Positions 20,385-30,022 of a stretch of 64,000 nucleotides of DNA are shown here, in pieces. Each line of letters begins with the position of its first letter. Within the stretch, counting starts at the first letter, position 1. The stretch comes from Sedimentisphaerales bacterium (GTDB lineage: Bacteria; Planctomycetota; Phycisphaerae; Sedimentisphaerales; SM23-30): NCBI GenBank assembly GCA_963666285.1, contig OY762711.1. One strand, given 5' to 3'. The position numbers and the translations under genes were made by a program. The notes below the pieces were generated by a model that worked only from the letters and a program-made list of their open reading frames with translations, was not told where the DNA came from and ran no database searches.

Positions 20385-21746
20385 ATGGATAGAGCTATGA
20401 ATAAGCTAATAATAACATCATTTATATTCGTAATAATGAATATCGGTCAGTTACCCGCTCAGCAGTATGCCGCCCAGGATGGTCATTTGCTGGATGCGAA
20501 CAATCGAATCGGCAGCATGGGCTGGAATGGCAATGCCAGGATTGACGCTTTGGCATATCGCAATAACAGCATGATGACCGGTAACCTGACGGGTGGAATG
20601 AGTTTCCAGGGCCAGGTTCCATATGCCAGCTCGCGACAATTCCAGGGTCTAAGCAACTCAGATTCATTAAGCACATTCCGCCGTGACAGCAGAAGTGTTA
20701 ACAGCCTCGGGGTAAGCGGCCCGCAAATATATATTGATCAGGCTCGCAGCGTTACCGGTTCGTATAACGGAAAAGTTTCTGGTTCATACCAAGGGTATTC
20801 TACCAGTAATATAATGAACCCCGGCAGCACAAGGACATATACCCAGCAATACAACAATTCACTAAGCTATAGCCCACAGGGAACAAGTAAAAATTTCTCG
20901 CTGGATAAATTCATCAGTCAAACTCCTGCCGGAAGCAATAACACCTTCGGCAGAACAGCCGGCCCGGCCGGTATCGCCTCAGAGGCATTAGGCAGAACCG
21001 GAATGGGATTTTCACTGTCGGCGGATAATGACAACAACCTGTCATTCAGCAGAAAGTTTGTTCCTAAAGAAAAAATGATCGAAACTCCGGACCAGACCCA
21101 GTTAAATATCGATACCGAAAGTCTGGGCGAAGGTCAGGCAACAGAGAATAAAGTTCCGGTTGATGTAGAAGAGCAGATGTACATGGAAGGCTCAAAGAGA
21201 ATCTTTATTGAAGGTGAAATGCAAAGCAGCGGGCTTACCGACCAGGAAGATATATCAGAGCAAATAACTGCGAAATATAAATCATATGCGACCGAAGGAA
21301 CCAAGCTTCTCAAAAGCGGTAAGTACTATAATGCAATAGACGCATTTGAACTGGCAAAAATATATTCAAAACGCAACGCCACCGAACCATTATTTAACTG
21401 CATGGTGGCAAGATTCGCAGCCGGTGAATATATTTCGTCTTCGAGCAACCTGAACAACATGTTTTATATTTCATTTGAAAAGACAATGCAAAAACGTGAT
21501 TTGTCGAAAATGTTCAGCGGTCCTGATGCAATCTTTAAATGCTTGAGAGATTTGTCAGCCAGTTATGATATAAGTAAGAACAGTTCCCTGCTGTTTCTTA
21601 AAGGCTATATTCAATACCAGAATAATGAACTGGACGATGCGGCAATAACCTACATTGATCTGGTTAAGGCAAATCCTGAAGTAGAACTGTTTAATAAAAT
21701 ACTTGCAGAACTTCAGAGCCAAAGGGCCGCGATAAAAGCTCAATAG
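20385..21746 (+). CDS. Exported protein with C-terminal TPR-like helices
   Basis: Signal-peptide-like N-terminus; LLDANNRIGS and GNLTGG.SFQG motifs; helical C-terminus. Confidence 0.7.
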   Translation: MDRAMNKLIITSFIFVIMNIGQLPAQQYAAQDGHLLDANNRIGSMGWNGNARIDALAYRNNSMMTGNLTGGMSFQGQVPYASSRQFQGLSNSDSLSTFRRDSRSVNSLGVSGPQIYIDQARSVTGSYNGKVSGSYQGYSTSNIMNPGSTRTYTQQYNNSLSYSPQGTSKNFSLDKFISQTPAGSNNTFGRTAGPAGIASEALGRTGMGFSLSADNDNNLSFSRKFVPKEKMIETPDQTQLNIDTESLGEGQATENKVPVDVEEQMYMEGSKRIFIEGEMQSSGLTDQEDISEQITAKYKSYATEGTKLLKSGKYYNAIDAFELAKIYSKRNATEPLFNCMVARFAAGEYISSSSNLNNMFYISFEKTMQKRDLSKMFSGPDAIFKCLRDLSASYDISKNSSLLFLKGYIQYQNNELDDAAITYIDLVKANPEVELFNKILAELQSQRAAIKAQ

Positions 21747-21773
21747 CTTTCCAGAATACAATAGTAAGATATT

Positions 21774-22130
21774 AAGGTGTTCGCCTATCCTTCGACTAGC
21801 TCAGGACAGGTCGACTCGCGTTTGATTTGAATCGGCTGCGGCGGAAGATAGTTAACCATGAAGTTCATGAAGATAGTGAAGAAAACTTCGGCTAATAATT
21901 TGACAACCAGGAAAAGTGAAAGGGAATGAAAAAAGTTTGGGGTTGGATTGGTGAGATTTTTGGAGTAGAATTGCGGGCCGCGGACAGTATGCGGCGGCGC
22001 ATTGAATGGGTGCGGCGGTATACGGACGGGAACGAAGCGGAGACGGGGAGGTACGCGAATGTAGGTAATAAGTAAGAGGTAAGAGTTGAGGAGTCCGCTT
22101 CGCGGACAGCTTATTTTAAACGGCTACGCC
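21774..22130 (+). repeat. Cluster of intergenic modules
   Basis: GTGTTC module with nested CCTTCGACTAGCTCAGGACAGG; 9-mer array (catgaagtt catgaagat); heptamer array + GTCCGC-TTC-GCGGAC + TTTTAAA + GGC-TAC-GCC. Confidence 0.75.
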
Positions 22131-22138
22131 TGAAAGAG

Positions 22139-22842
22139 AACCACAGATGGACACCGATGCACACTGATGAAGAAAGGAGTAAAGTGTAAACAATATGTCG
22201 CAGTGCGAAGCTGTATTAAAACGGTTGATGTTTCGCGATAAGGTTAATTTGTTTTTTGCTGTGAGTCAAAGTGATTTAACTTTGATTTTCAAAAAGGTAT
22301 GTTACTACCAGACATCAACATAAGATATTTTATGGGATATTATGATTCTTTGCAGGATGAGGGGTGGCTTTGTGAAAATATATTGTTTGCGGGAAAAGAG
22401 AATTTTATAGTCGTGCATACACACTCCGGCACTTTTAAGACAGAGTTGAAAAGTGAAGGTTTCGCCTGGCGGCGAGGAAGTTTTTGTTTTTGTGGGAGGG
22501 AGCAGACCCACACGTGAACGTGTGGGCTAATGAAAAAACAATAGAACAAGCAAGGCAATTTGGACGATTAGGAAAATGTCGCGGAGCGGCAAGATTTGTA
22601 AAGTGAAAAATGAATAGTGAAAAATGAAAAATTAAGGTGTTCCGATGTGTGTTGACATCAGGAATAATTCACTATCGTCTCACGTTTTGTTTAATATTAA
22701 AGCGTTGGAGGAAGGCCCTTGCGATTTACCAGAGGCACTTCGTTATTGCAACTTAAAACTGCGAAAGTAAACTAAGTGAAGTTAAAAGAAATGTTTTTGA
22801 AACAAAACACGGACTGTCACAAACCGGCACAGACAAACACGG
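22139..22842 (+). repeat. About 705-bp non-coding direct repeat, copy 2
   Basis: Matches 12069-12773. Confidence 0.93.
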
Positions 22843-22898
22843 CAGGCAGAAAACAGCTAAACAGTAGCCAGCTACCAGCGGTCAGCTGCCAGGAAATA

Positions 22899-22944
22899 CG
22901 CGCATACGCACTTCGGCACTTTTCGGCGGGGCAAAAAGTGAAGG
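22899..22944 (+). repeat. Degenerate triple-hairpin repeat copy
   Basis: GCGCATACGCACTTCGGCACTTTTCGGCGGGGCAAAAAGTGAAGG. Confidence 0.65.
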
Positions 22945-23145
22945 TTAGGATTGAAATGTATTTTAATGTATGGATGAATAAGTTATATTACAGTGATAAA
23001 GTTTCAGACTGCCATGGCGTCGAGTAGATGGCAGATCGGACAGTTGATTAAGAGAGGTGAAAATAGAAAGCGGGACAATCAGGGTTGCAGGACGGAAGCA
23101 ATTTCCAGAGGGCATTTAAAGGCATGTTTGGATTCAGGGTGATAT

Positions 23146-25761
23146 ATGACAGATATTGAGAAATACAAGTTGAATGCGGAAAGTAAGGAAAAGCTTAGGC
23201 GGATCGAAAAGGTTGTTGGCAGAAAGCTGGAGCAGGTTGATGAGATTAGATGGGGACGTTATAGAAATTTTGGATATGTTGTAAACCGGGCAGGTGAGAT
23301 TGATGGCCTGGCTTTATATCGTATATATATAACCAATGAGAAGTTAGTAAAGCTTGTTGAAGTTGTACCTGACCTATCTGAGTTGGAAATAAGCTGGAAT
23401 AAAATTACAGATATTTCGATCTTGAAGGATATGGGGAATCTGACAAAGTTGAATCTAAATAATAATGCGATCAGAGATTTTTCTGTTTTAAAATATACCA
23501 GAGATTTAACTCATTTAAATATTGGCAGTAATGAGCAAAGAGATATTTCTGTACTGGAAGAATTGGGCAAACTGACACATTTAGATATAGGCAATAATAA
23601 GGTCATGGATTTCTCAGTTTTGAAAGAGCTGGTAAATTTAAGGGCATTAGAGATATGGGGGAGCAAGAATAAAGATCTGTCAGTTTTGAATGAGTTAGAG
23701 AACCTGGAAGAATTAGGTATGAGTGGAAGTGGGCAAACCGACTTTTCAAATTTGAACAGACTTGGTAATCTGAGAGAGTTGAATTTATGTGCAAATGAGG
23801 TAAGCGATCTTTCCGGGGTGGAAGGGCTGGTTAGTCTGAGGACATTGATTTTAGGTGATAATCGATTGAGAGATATTTCCGGCTTTAAGGGTCTGGAAAA
23901 TCTGAGGATATTAAAGTTAGATGAAAATTGTATAAGGACAATCTCCGGGTTTAGCGGGCTGGCTAACCTGGAAGATTTGGATCTAGATTGGAATTATCTG
24001 GAAGATATATCCGGGCTGAAAGATCTGGTAAATCTGAAAAAAATCAGTTTAGGTGGTAATAAGATCAAAGATTTTTCAGTGTTGAAAGAGCTCGTTAGAC
24101 TAGAAGATTTGGAAATAGGAGGGAATGAGGTAACTGATATTTCATTTTTGAAAGGTATGGTTAATCTTAAAGCTTTTGGTGCAGGTGGAAATGAGATAAA
24201 GGATTTCTCTGTCTTGAAAAAGCTTGATAAACTTACTGGATTGAGTATAAGTGCAAATAATGTAAAAGATATATCTTTTTTGAAAGATTTGACCAGTTTA
24301 ACAACTCTAAATGTAAGAGGGAACGAGCTTAGCGATATCACTGGAATTGGATATTTGAATAACCTGACAGATCTATGCTTAGGTGAGAATAAGCTAGTTG
24401 ATATTAATGAGTTGTGTAAACTGAAAAAGTTAACCGGGTTGAATTTGAGTGATAATGAATTAGTTGATCTTTCAGGCTTGAAAGGGCTGAGTAATCTTAC
24501 AGAATTGGATCTGAGTGACAACAAGCTAACTGATCTTTGCGGATTAGAAGGATTGAGCAAGTTGGAATGCTTGAAGTTGTGGGGGAATGAGCTGACTGAT
24601 ATATCCGGGTTGAAAGATCTGGAGAGTTTGGCTGAGCTGCATTTACGTGCAAATGAGCTAACCTGCCTTTCTGAATTGAATGGTTTGGTTAATCTGAGTG
24701 AATTATATTTAAGTGGAAATAAACTTAAAGATTTTTCAGGTTTGCAAGGGTTGGAAAATCTGACAAGGTTAGACTTGAGTTCTAATGAGATTAGTGATAT
24801 TTCTGGTTTGGATGAATTGAATAATCTGGAAGATCTGAATCTGAAGGGAAATGAGATAAGTGATATCTCGTGTTTGAACGGGCTTGGCAATCTTTTAAGA
24901 TTAGATTTGAGTAATAATAATCTAAGTGTTATATCGGGTTTAAATGGTCTTGGCAACCTGGCAGCATTGAATTTGAGCGGTAATAAGCTGAAGCTTATTC
25001 CGGAGTTGGATGGACTGGATAATCTGGCTGAATTGGAATTGAGAGATAATAGCCTGGTTGATATTTCAGGTTTGAAAGTACTGAGTAACCTGATAGTGCT
25101 GGATATAAGGAACAATGAGGTGTCTGATATTTCCGGGTTAAAAGAGTTGAGGCATCTGATAGATTTGAATCTAAGTGATAATAAGGTTAGCGATATTTCA
25201 GGCTTGAAGGAATTGAGTGATCTGCTGCTATTAGATTTAAGTGGAAATAATATAGCTGATACCTCCGGTTTGAGAGAGTTGGGTAACCTGATATTTTTGG
25301 GATTGAGAGATAGCAAGCAATGCGATCTATCTAGTTTAAAATATATGACAAATCTGAGAGATTTGTATTTGAGTGGAAATGGGCTAGCAGATATCTTTGT
25401 CGTTAAAGATCTCGTTAATCTGGAAATGTTGGATTTGGGTAATAATAATCTAACCGATATTTCTGGTTTGGAAGGACTGGTGAGTTTGAGAACGCTGTGT
25501 TTAAGCGATAATAAGATTAGTGATATTTCTATTTTCAGAGATATGAAAGCTCTGTTTAGGGTTGACTTGAAGAATAATCAGATAAAGAGAGTGTCCAAAG
25601 AGTTTTTTGATGGTTCAAGGTACATATATTGCTATGATGGCTTTTTAGCCGGTATATGTTTGTATGGCAACCCGCTGGAAGAGCCGCCGGTGGAAGTTAT
25701 CGAAGAGGGCAGAAAAGCAGTGTTGGAGTATTTTGAGAAGGAAAAACAGAAGAAATCATGA
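23146..25761 (+). CDS. Large leucine-rich repeat protein (internalin-like 22-aa repeats)
   Basis: More than 30 LxxLxLxxNxLxDISGLxxL repeats; no signal peptide; C-terminal cap GNPLEEPPVEVIEEGRKAVLEYF. Confidence 0.93.
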   Translation: MTDIEKYKLNAESKEKLRRIEKVVGRKLEQVDEIRWGRYRNFGYVVNRAGEIDGLALYRIYITNEKLVKLVEVVPDLSELEISWNKITDISILKDMGNLTKLNLNNNAIRDFSVLKYTRDLTHLNIGSNEQRDISVLEELGKLTHLDIGNNKVMDFSVLKELVNLRALEIWGSKNKDLSVLNELENLEELGMSGSGQTDFSNLNRLGNLRELNLCANEVSDLSGVEGLVSLRTLILGDNRLRDISGFKGLENLRILKLDENCIRTISGFSGLANLEDLDLDWNYLEDISGLKDLVNLKKISLGGNKIKDFSVLKELVRLEDLEIGGNEVTDISFLKGMVNLKAFGAGGNEIKDFSVLKKLDKLTGLSISANNVKDISFLKDLTSLTTLNVRGNELSDITGIGYLNNLTDLCLGENKLVDINELCKLKKLTGLNLSDNELVDLSGLKGLSNLTELDLSDNKLTDLCGLEGLSKLECLKLWGNELTDISGLKDLESLAELHLRANELTCLSELNGLVNLSELYLSGNKLKDFSGLQGLENLTRLDLSSNEISDISGLDELNNLEDLNLKGNEISDISCLNGLGNLLRLDLSNNNLSVISGLNGLGNLAALNLSGNKLKLIPELDGLDNLAELELRDNSLVDISGLKVLSNLIVLDIRNNEVSDISGLKELRHLIDLNLSDNKVSDISGLKELSDLLLLDLSGNNIADTSGLRELGNLIFLGLRDSKQCDLSSLKYMTNLRDLYLSGNGLADIFVVKDLVNLEMLDLGNNNLTDISGLEGLVSLRTLCLSDNKISDISIFRDMKALFRVDLKNNQIKRVSKEFFDGSRYIYCYDGFLAGICLYGNPLEEPPVEVIEEGRKAVLEYFEKEKQKKS

Positions 25762-25791
25762 ATGCTGAATTATGAAAATAAGGAATGAGTA

Positions 25792-26829
25792 ATGAATGTG
25801 AATAAAAGGATAGTGTTAGTATTGTTAGTGTTAGAATCTGCATTTGTCGCGGCGGCGACTAATGAGTATTATGACATTGTTATCGATAAAGATCAGAGCC
25901 TGGGTGAGGCAGTGGTGTGGATGCGGTACGGTCTGGAGCGTGCGGTGTATCGTGGTAAGAACAATATTACATCGTCGACCGGAGTTGGAGAGGCGATACC
26001 GACTTTTAGCGAGGAGTTGGCAAGTCGTACCGCCCTTGTTAAAAGTCTGGCAAAGCTGAGAGAGAGCCCAGATGATGGTACGCCGCTGGATCGGATTATG
26101 CCGTACCTGGAGTTTCTTGAGAAGGTTTATAATGCCGATTTCATGGAAGAGTATGTCTGGATGTTTCATCGGCGTGACGGCTGGGTAAAGCCGGCGGCTC
26201 TGAAGTTTTCAGAGTTTGGCGATTGGCTCGGAGCAAATTCTCCGGCGATTGTGCCGCGGGCAGGTGCGATATTGAGAATAAGTGATAAGAGTAAGAATGA
26301 TATTGTAACAGAGTCATTGTATCCAGCAGATGAGGATGAGGAAGATGGTAGTAATGGCGGTTTAATAACGACGGCAGATATTGCCGGATATAATGTCGCG
26401 GCAGCAGCAGCGAATAAGTTTGTGGATAGTCTCAACCAGGGAGACAGCTATACATCGTCCGAGCTGTTTGCGACTTATGAAAAAATGCCGAAAGAGATAA
26501 TGGCTCAAGAGGTGAGGAAGCTTGGCCGTATCGCGCAGAGCTGTAAAAGAAAAGAATGGCATTTCAGCTATGTGGAGTTGGGTGTTGCAGGGAATTGTGC
26601 GGTTGCGATAGTATGTGAGGATGTGAAGCGGGGTAAGGCCGCGTATGATCTTGACCCGTTGTTTATGGTGAGGCAGGAAGGGGACTGGAAAGTAGTGCCG
26701 GGGATGTCTGATCTAGAGTATGCCGAGGTGCTGGTTTCCGAAGATGAGCTTGAGCAGTTGAAGCAATGTCAGCGGTGGTTTGAAGAGAGGAAAGAGGAGT
26801 TGGAAGGTGAAAAAAATAACTCAAACTGA
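25792..26829 (+). CDS. Hypothetical exported protein
   Basis: RBS AAGGAA, signal-peptide-like N-terminus, 345-aa ORF. Confidence 0.7.
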   Translation: MNVNKRIVLVLLVLESAFVAAATNEYYDIVIDKDQSLGEAVVWMRYGLERAVYRGKNNITSSTGVGEAIPTFSEELASRTALVKSLAKLRESPDDGTPLDRIMPYLEFLEKVYNADFMEEYVWMFHRRDGWVKPAALKFSEFGDWLGANSPAIVPRAGAILRISDKSKNDIVTESLYPADEDEEDGSNGGLITTADIAGYNVAAAAANKFVDSLNQGDSYTSSELFATYEKMPKEIMAQEVRKLGRIAQSCKRKEWHFSYVELGVAGNCAVAIVCEDVKRGKAAYDLDPLFMVRQEGDWKVVPGMSDLEYAEVLVSEDELEQLKQCQRWFEERKEELEGEKNNSN

Positions 26830-26878
26830 CCGATTGGCAGTTTGAGAGGTGTTAAGGAAGGTTTGCTGCAAAGCGGCA
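26822..26878 (+). repeat. CAAACTGRC hairpin copy overlapping the upstream stop codon
   Basis: CAAACTGAC-CGATT-GGCAGTTTG-AGAGG; its TGA is the stop of 25792-26829. Confidence 0.7.
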
Positions 26879-27079
26879 AGCTAGTTAAATCATTAATGTA
26901 ACAATTTGCATTAAATTGTGTTATAGTAATGAAAAGTGTAAAATAGATCACTTTGAATAAATAAGTTAGCGTTTATGGGATGCAGTAAATCGAGGAATCG
27001 GATAAGCGGGAATTGAGAATGCCGGCTTGAGGCTGATTGATTCTGGCGAAACGAAGTTGGCGATAGTTTTGAAAAGATT

Positions 27080-28528
27080 ATGAAACGGATATTATACATT
27101 TTAGCGTTTGTTGCCGGTATTGTGATTGTGGCGGCGGTGGTGCAGTATGCGGGTAAGTTTGCTGGAAGGTATGAGTTTGTTCGACCGGCAGATTATGTAG
27201 TTCCCAGCCATAAGAGAGACTATGATGATCGGGCGAAAAAGGCAAAGTTAGCGCCGGCGGCAGATATGGATTTTTTGCGTTCAATTGAGCCGGAAGAATT
27301 TACTGATGAGGAGATATTATTTAAGCTGGATGAAAATGATGTCAAAGAATCGGCACATTCTCATGAGGTTGGTTATGAAGTAGTCGAGCTTGATTTGGAG
27401 AAGCTAGATAAAAGCGAACCGTATGTTCGTCCGTTGGCTGTTGGTGCAGCACATCATGAGGTTCCGGATAAAGATGCTGTGCTGTCGGAAGGAAATGATG
27501 ACGGCGGTAATGTGTCGTATACGTATTTTGATATTGGCGGCGAGCAGCTATCGGAAGAGCAGCTTGAAGGGATAAAAGGAGTTCGCGACAGAAAATGGAT
27601 CAATAGTGACAGGTACAGTTTTCAGGTAGTGTATGAAGTAAATAACCTGGAGAGTCCGCGGCAGGTCGGCAGCTGGCTTTATGACAGGAATACTTATGCC
27701 AGTCTGACGAACGGCAGTTCATGGTCGTATCGAGAGGGAAATCCATATGAGATATCTTATGGTGTGAATACCTATCATCCGGCAGAGTTGAGGTGGGTGG
27801 TTGATATAGCGTATGGCCCGTGCGAGCATATAGATATTCCGCTGGAGGAGGATAGCGAGGCGGAATTTGGAGAAGCTGCTTTTCGGCTGATCACCGATCC
27901 ATTTGAGGCTTATTCAAACAGTTCATCGTGGAGTGGCGGTAATATTAAGTACAGATTTTCAGAATCTGACAGGAAGCATCAGAATGTGGTGGTTGGAATA
28001 TCGCCGAAATGCATGATTCGTTTGTTTACGGTTCAGTTTCTGGATGGAAATAAGAATGCTATTGGCAGCGAAATAAGTGTATACAGTAATTCTCATGTTA
28101 ACCTGGTGGAGAACTATTCAAAAGAGCGAGGCGAGTATTTGCGAATATATCGCTATTCCGGGATAAAGCGTTTTGTTTTGGATATTGGCAGTATGCCGGG
28201 GACGCCTGAGGTAAATGACGGGGTTGAGAATTTGATGGAAGTAAAAATACCGTATGTTTATGCCGGACGGGCTGGTGACGTTGAGGATATTATTGGAGGA
28301 GCTATCCAGTTAAATGTTTACAGTTCATTAGGTTATACCGATATTTTGCCTGAGCGGCGTTATTATAATGTTACGCCGTTGGAGCTGCTGGAGGAGATGA
28401 AAAAAGTCTCGCCGCCAGGAGTTGACATTGATATGCGGCTGGAGCAAGGCAGTGTTGCGGTTGATAAGCTGCATGGTAAGGATACTGTGTGGCAGAAGAT
28501 TAAGAATTGGTTTAGAAAGATATTTTAG
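27080..28528 (+). CDS. Hypothetical membrane-anchored/exported protein
   Basis: N-terminal TM helix, 482-aa ORF; no family recognised. Confidence 0.7.
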   Translation: MKRILYILAFVAGIVIVAAVVQYAGKFAGRYEFVRPADYVVPSHKRDYDDRAKKAKLAPAADMDFLRSIEPEEFTDEEILFKLDENDVKESAHSHEVGYEVVELDLEKLDKSEPYVRPLAVGAAHHEVPDKDAVLSEGNDDGGNVSYTYFDIGGEQLSEEQLEGIKGVRDRKWINSDRYSFQVVYEVNNLESPRQVGSWLYDRNTYASLTNGSSWSYREGNPYEISYGVNTYHPAELRWVVDIAYGPCEHIDIPLEEDSEAEFGEAAFRLITDPFEAYSNSSSWSGGNIKYRFSESDRKHQNVVVGISPKCMIRLFTVQFLDGNKNAIGSEISVYSNSHVNLVENYSKERGEYLRIYRYSGIKRFVLDIGSMPGTPEVNDGVENLMEVKIPYVYAGRAGDVEDIIGGAIQLNVYSSLGYTDILPERRYYNVTPLELLEEMKKVSPPGVDIDMRLEQGSVAVDKLHGKDTVWQKIKNWFRKIF

Positions 28529-28783
28529 AACACTTTAATTTTTATGCTTCGCATCACTTTGTGGCGTGTTCGCTTTTTGCCTGTTGCGGTTTCGGCTGAC
28601 TACATCAGAAATACTCGCAATATATGAATATTACTGTGTTTTCTTCTTTGTCAGCCTCATCCTCACAGAGGCATAAATCGGAACAGAAAATATTAAAGTA
28701 CTCTAAAGCGGCAGGCGATACAAGAAATACAAAAACTCTACCACAGGTGGAATTTCTGATCAGGTATACAGAAGAGTATAATT

Positions 28784-29428
28784 TTAGTTGTTTGTAAGCC
28801 ATTGTGAGGCTAGCATAGCCAGGTCTGTCATGTTGACTATGCCGTCGCCAGAGATATCTTCCGGGATGGTGCCGGGGGTGTAGTCCCAATTGGTTTCACG
28901 ATCAGTGCCAGCGACATAATGTATGTATTTTATTTTGCTGTAGGTGAAGCTGACCTGTTCCATTTCGCCATATGGGTCATTTTCCTCAAGCAAAGTTGTT
29001 GGTTTGTATTGGGTTATGCCGACGATCTGTGCGTCTTCTAGATCGATTGTGTAATACATATCATCGTAACCTTCGGAATTGATTTTGTGAAATATCAGTG
29101 AGAATCTTGTCATTTTTTCGTTGGAGGCCCATGCCTGCAATAAAAGGGGGCTGGCGCCGTCAACCTGTTTTGTGATTACTAGTGGTTTATGCTGATGGTC
29201 GCCTGTGGGCAGTCCAGTTTCATTGTCGATAACGGATGCAAGTTTATGGTAGTAGCTATGCACTACGATAGCGTTTTCATTGCCATGAATGGTGCATTCT
29301 CCATCTATTGTTCCCTGTGATTCTCCTTCGAGGAACAGGTAAGCATTCAGGCCGGCGTGAGATATGGAGTTGATATTCAGCAGTATAACAGCAGTCAGGG
29401 CGATAGCAATGCATTTCGTTTTTAACAT
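28784..29428 (-). CDS. Hcp (TssD, T6SS tube) family protein with signal peptide and C-terminal dockerin-like motif
   Basis: AYLFLEGESQGTIDG, TGLPTGDHQHKPLVITKQVDGASPLL, YYTIDLEDAQIV and EQVSFTYSKI match Hcp1. N-terminus MLKTKCIAIALTAVILLNINSISHA; C-terminus DISGDGIVNMTDLAMLASQWL. Confidence 0.85.
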   Translation of the reverse strand: MLKTKCIAIALTAVILLNINSISHAGLNAYLFLEGESQGTIDGECTIHGNENAIVVHSYYHKLASVIDNETGLPTGDHQHKPLVITKQVDGASPLLLQAWASNEKMTRFSLIFHKINSEGYDDMYYTIDLEDAQIVGITQYKPTTLLEENDPYGEMEQVSFTYSKIKYIHYVAGTDRETNWDYTPGTIPEDISGDGIVNMTDLAMLASQWLTNN

Positions 29429-29784
29429 ATTATTCTCGTAAGGTTTTATTTGTTTGTAACTTGTGTAAAATATGCAGTAGTCATATCTTATCATATTATT
29501 GTATTATATCGGATGGTTTGATGTCTGTGTTTACTTACTATCGGTGAAAAATAGAGATAAATTCAGTTTTGATAATAGTTTAGCGAACAGGTTTAATAGG
29601 CTGGAATGTGGAAAAGAATTGCGGGGCCGGGAGAGGTGTTTGGTTAAGTGCTTTGTTTTAAGTGGTTTATATTGTGTTTTGGCCTGGTGTGGAGTTGTTG
29701 ATTTTTTGTAAAATAGTATTTTCAGATTGGCAATAATCCGCTACAATAGCAAACCTGATGCCTAAATGGCAAAAAAAAGAATTA

Positions 29785-29945
29785 AGGTACCTCTAAAAAT
29801 TCATTTTTAGCGAAAGATGGATATTTTGCTTGCTGGTCTGCGTCAGATAAAACCGCGAATATAGCCCAATATGCACGACTTTATCTTTCTTGCCAGCAAA
29901 CAAAACTTCTCACTTTCGCAACAAAAGCAATTTCCAGAGGTACCC
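29785..29945. mobile_element. MITE-like element, copy 1
   Basis: Terminal inverted repeats AGGTACCTCTAAAAATT / AATTTCCAGAGGTACCC, flanked by TTA on both sides; internally palindromic; related copy at 57304. Confidence 0.75.
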
Positions 29946-30022
29946 TTAAGAATTAAAAAATAATGTTTATGCTATTGCCGAGGATTATTTTGAATCACAA
30001 TCGGTGATGGTTTGTGCTATTT

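Noticed and set aside
21905..22062. G-rich stretch with short open frames between modules
   Set aside because: Possibly a gene remnant, but nothing identifiable.
23994..25316. 440-aa antisense ORF and similar shadows (14216-15031, 32132-32851, 34984-35646, 37267-37995, 39780-40382)
   Set aside because: They lie opposite well-supported genes and are explained by codon bias or repeat periodicity.
9004..28528. Integron cassette array
   Set aside because: No integrase, and the hairpins lack RYYYAAC/GTTRRRY attC ends.
28784..29494. Type VI secretion locus
   Set aside because: Only hcp is present; no sheath, baseplate, vgrG or membrane-complex genes in the window.
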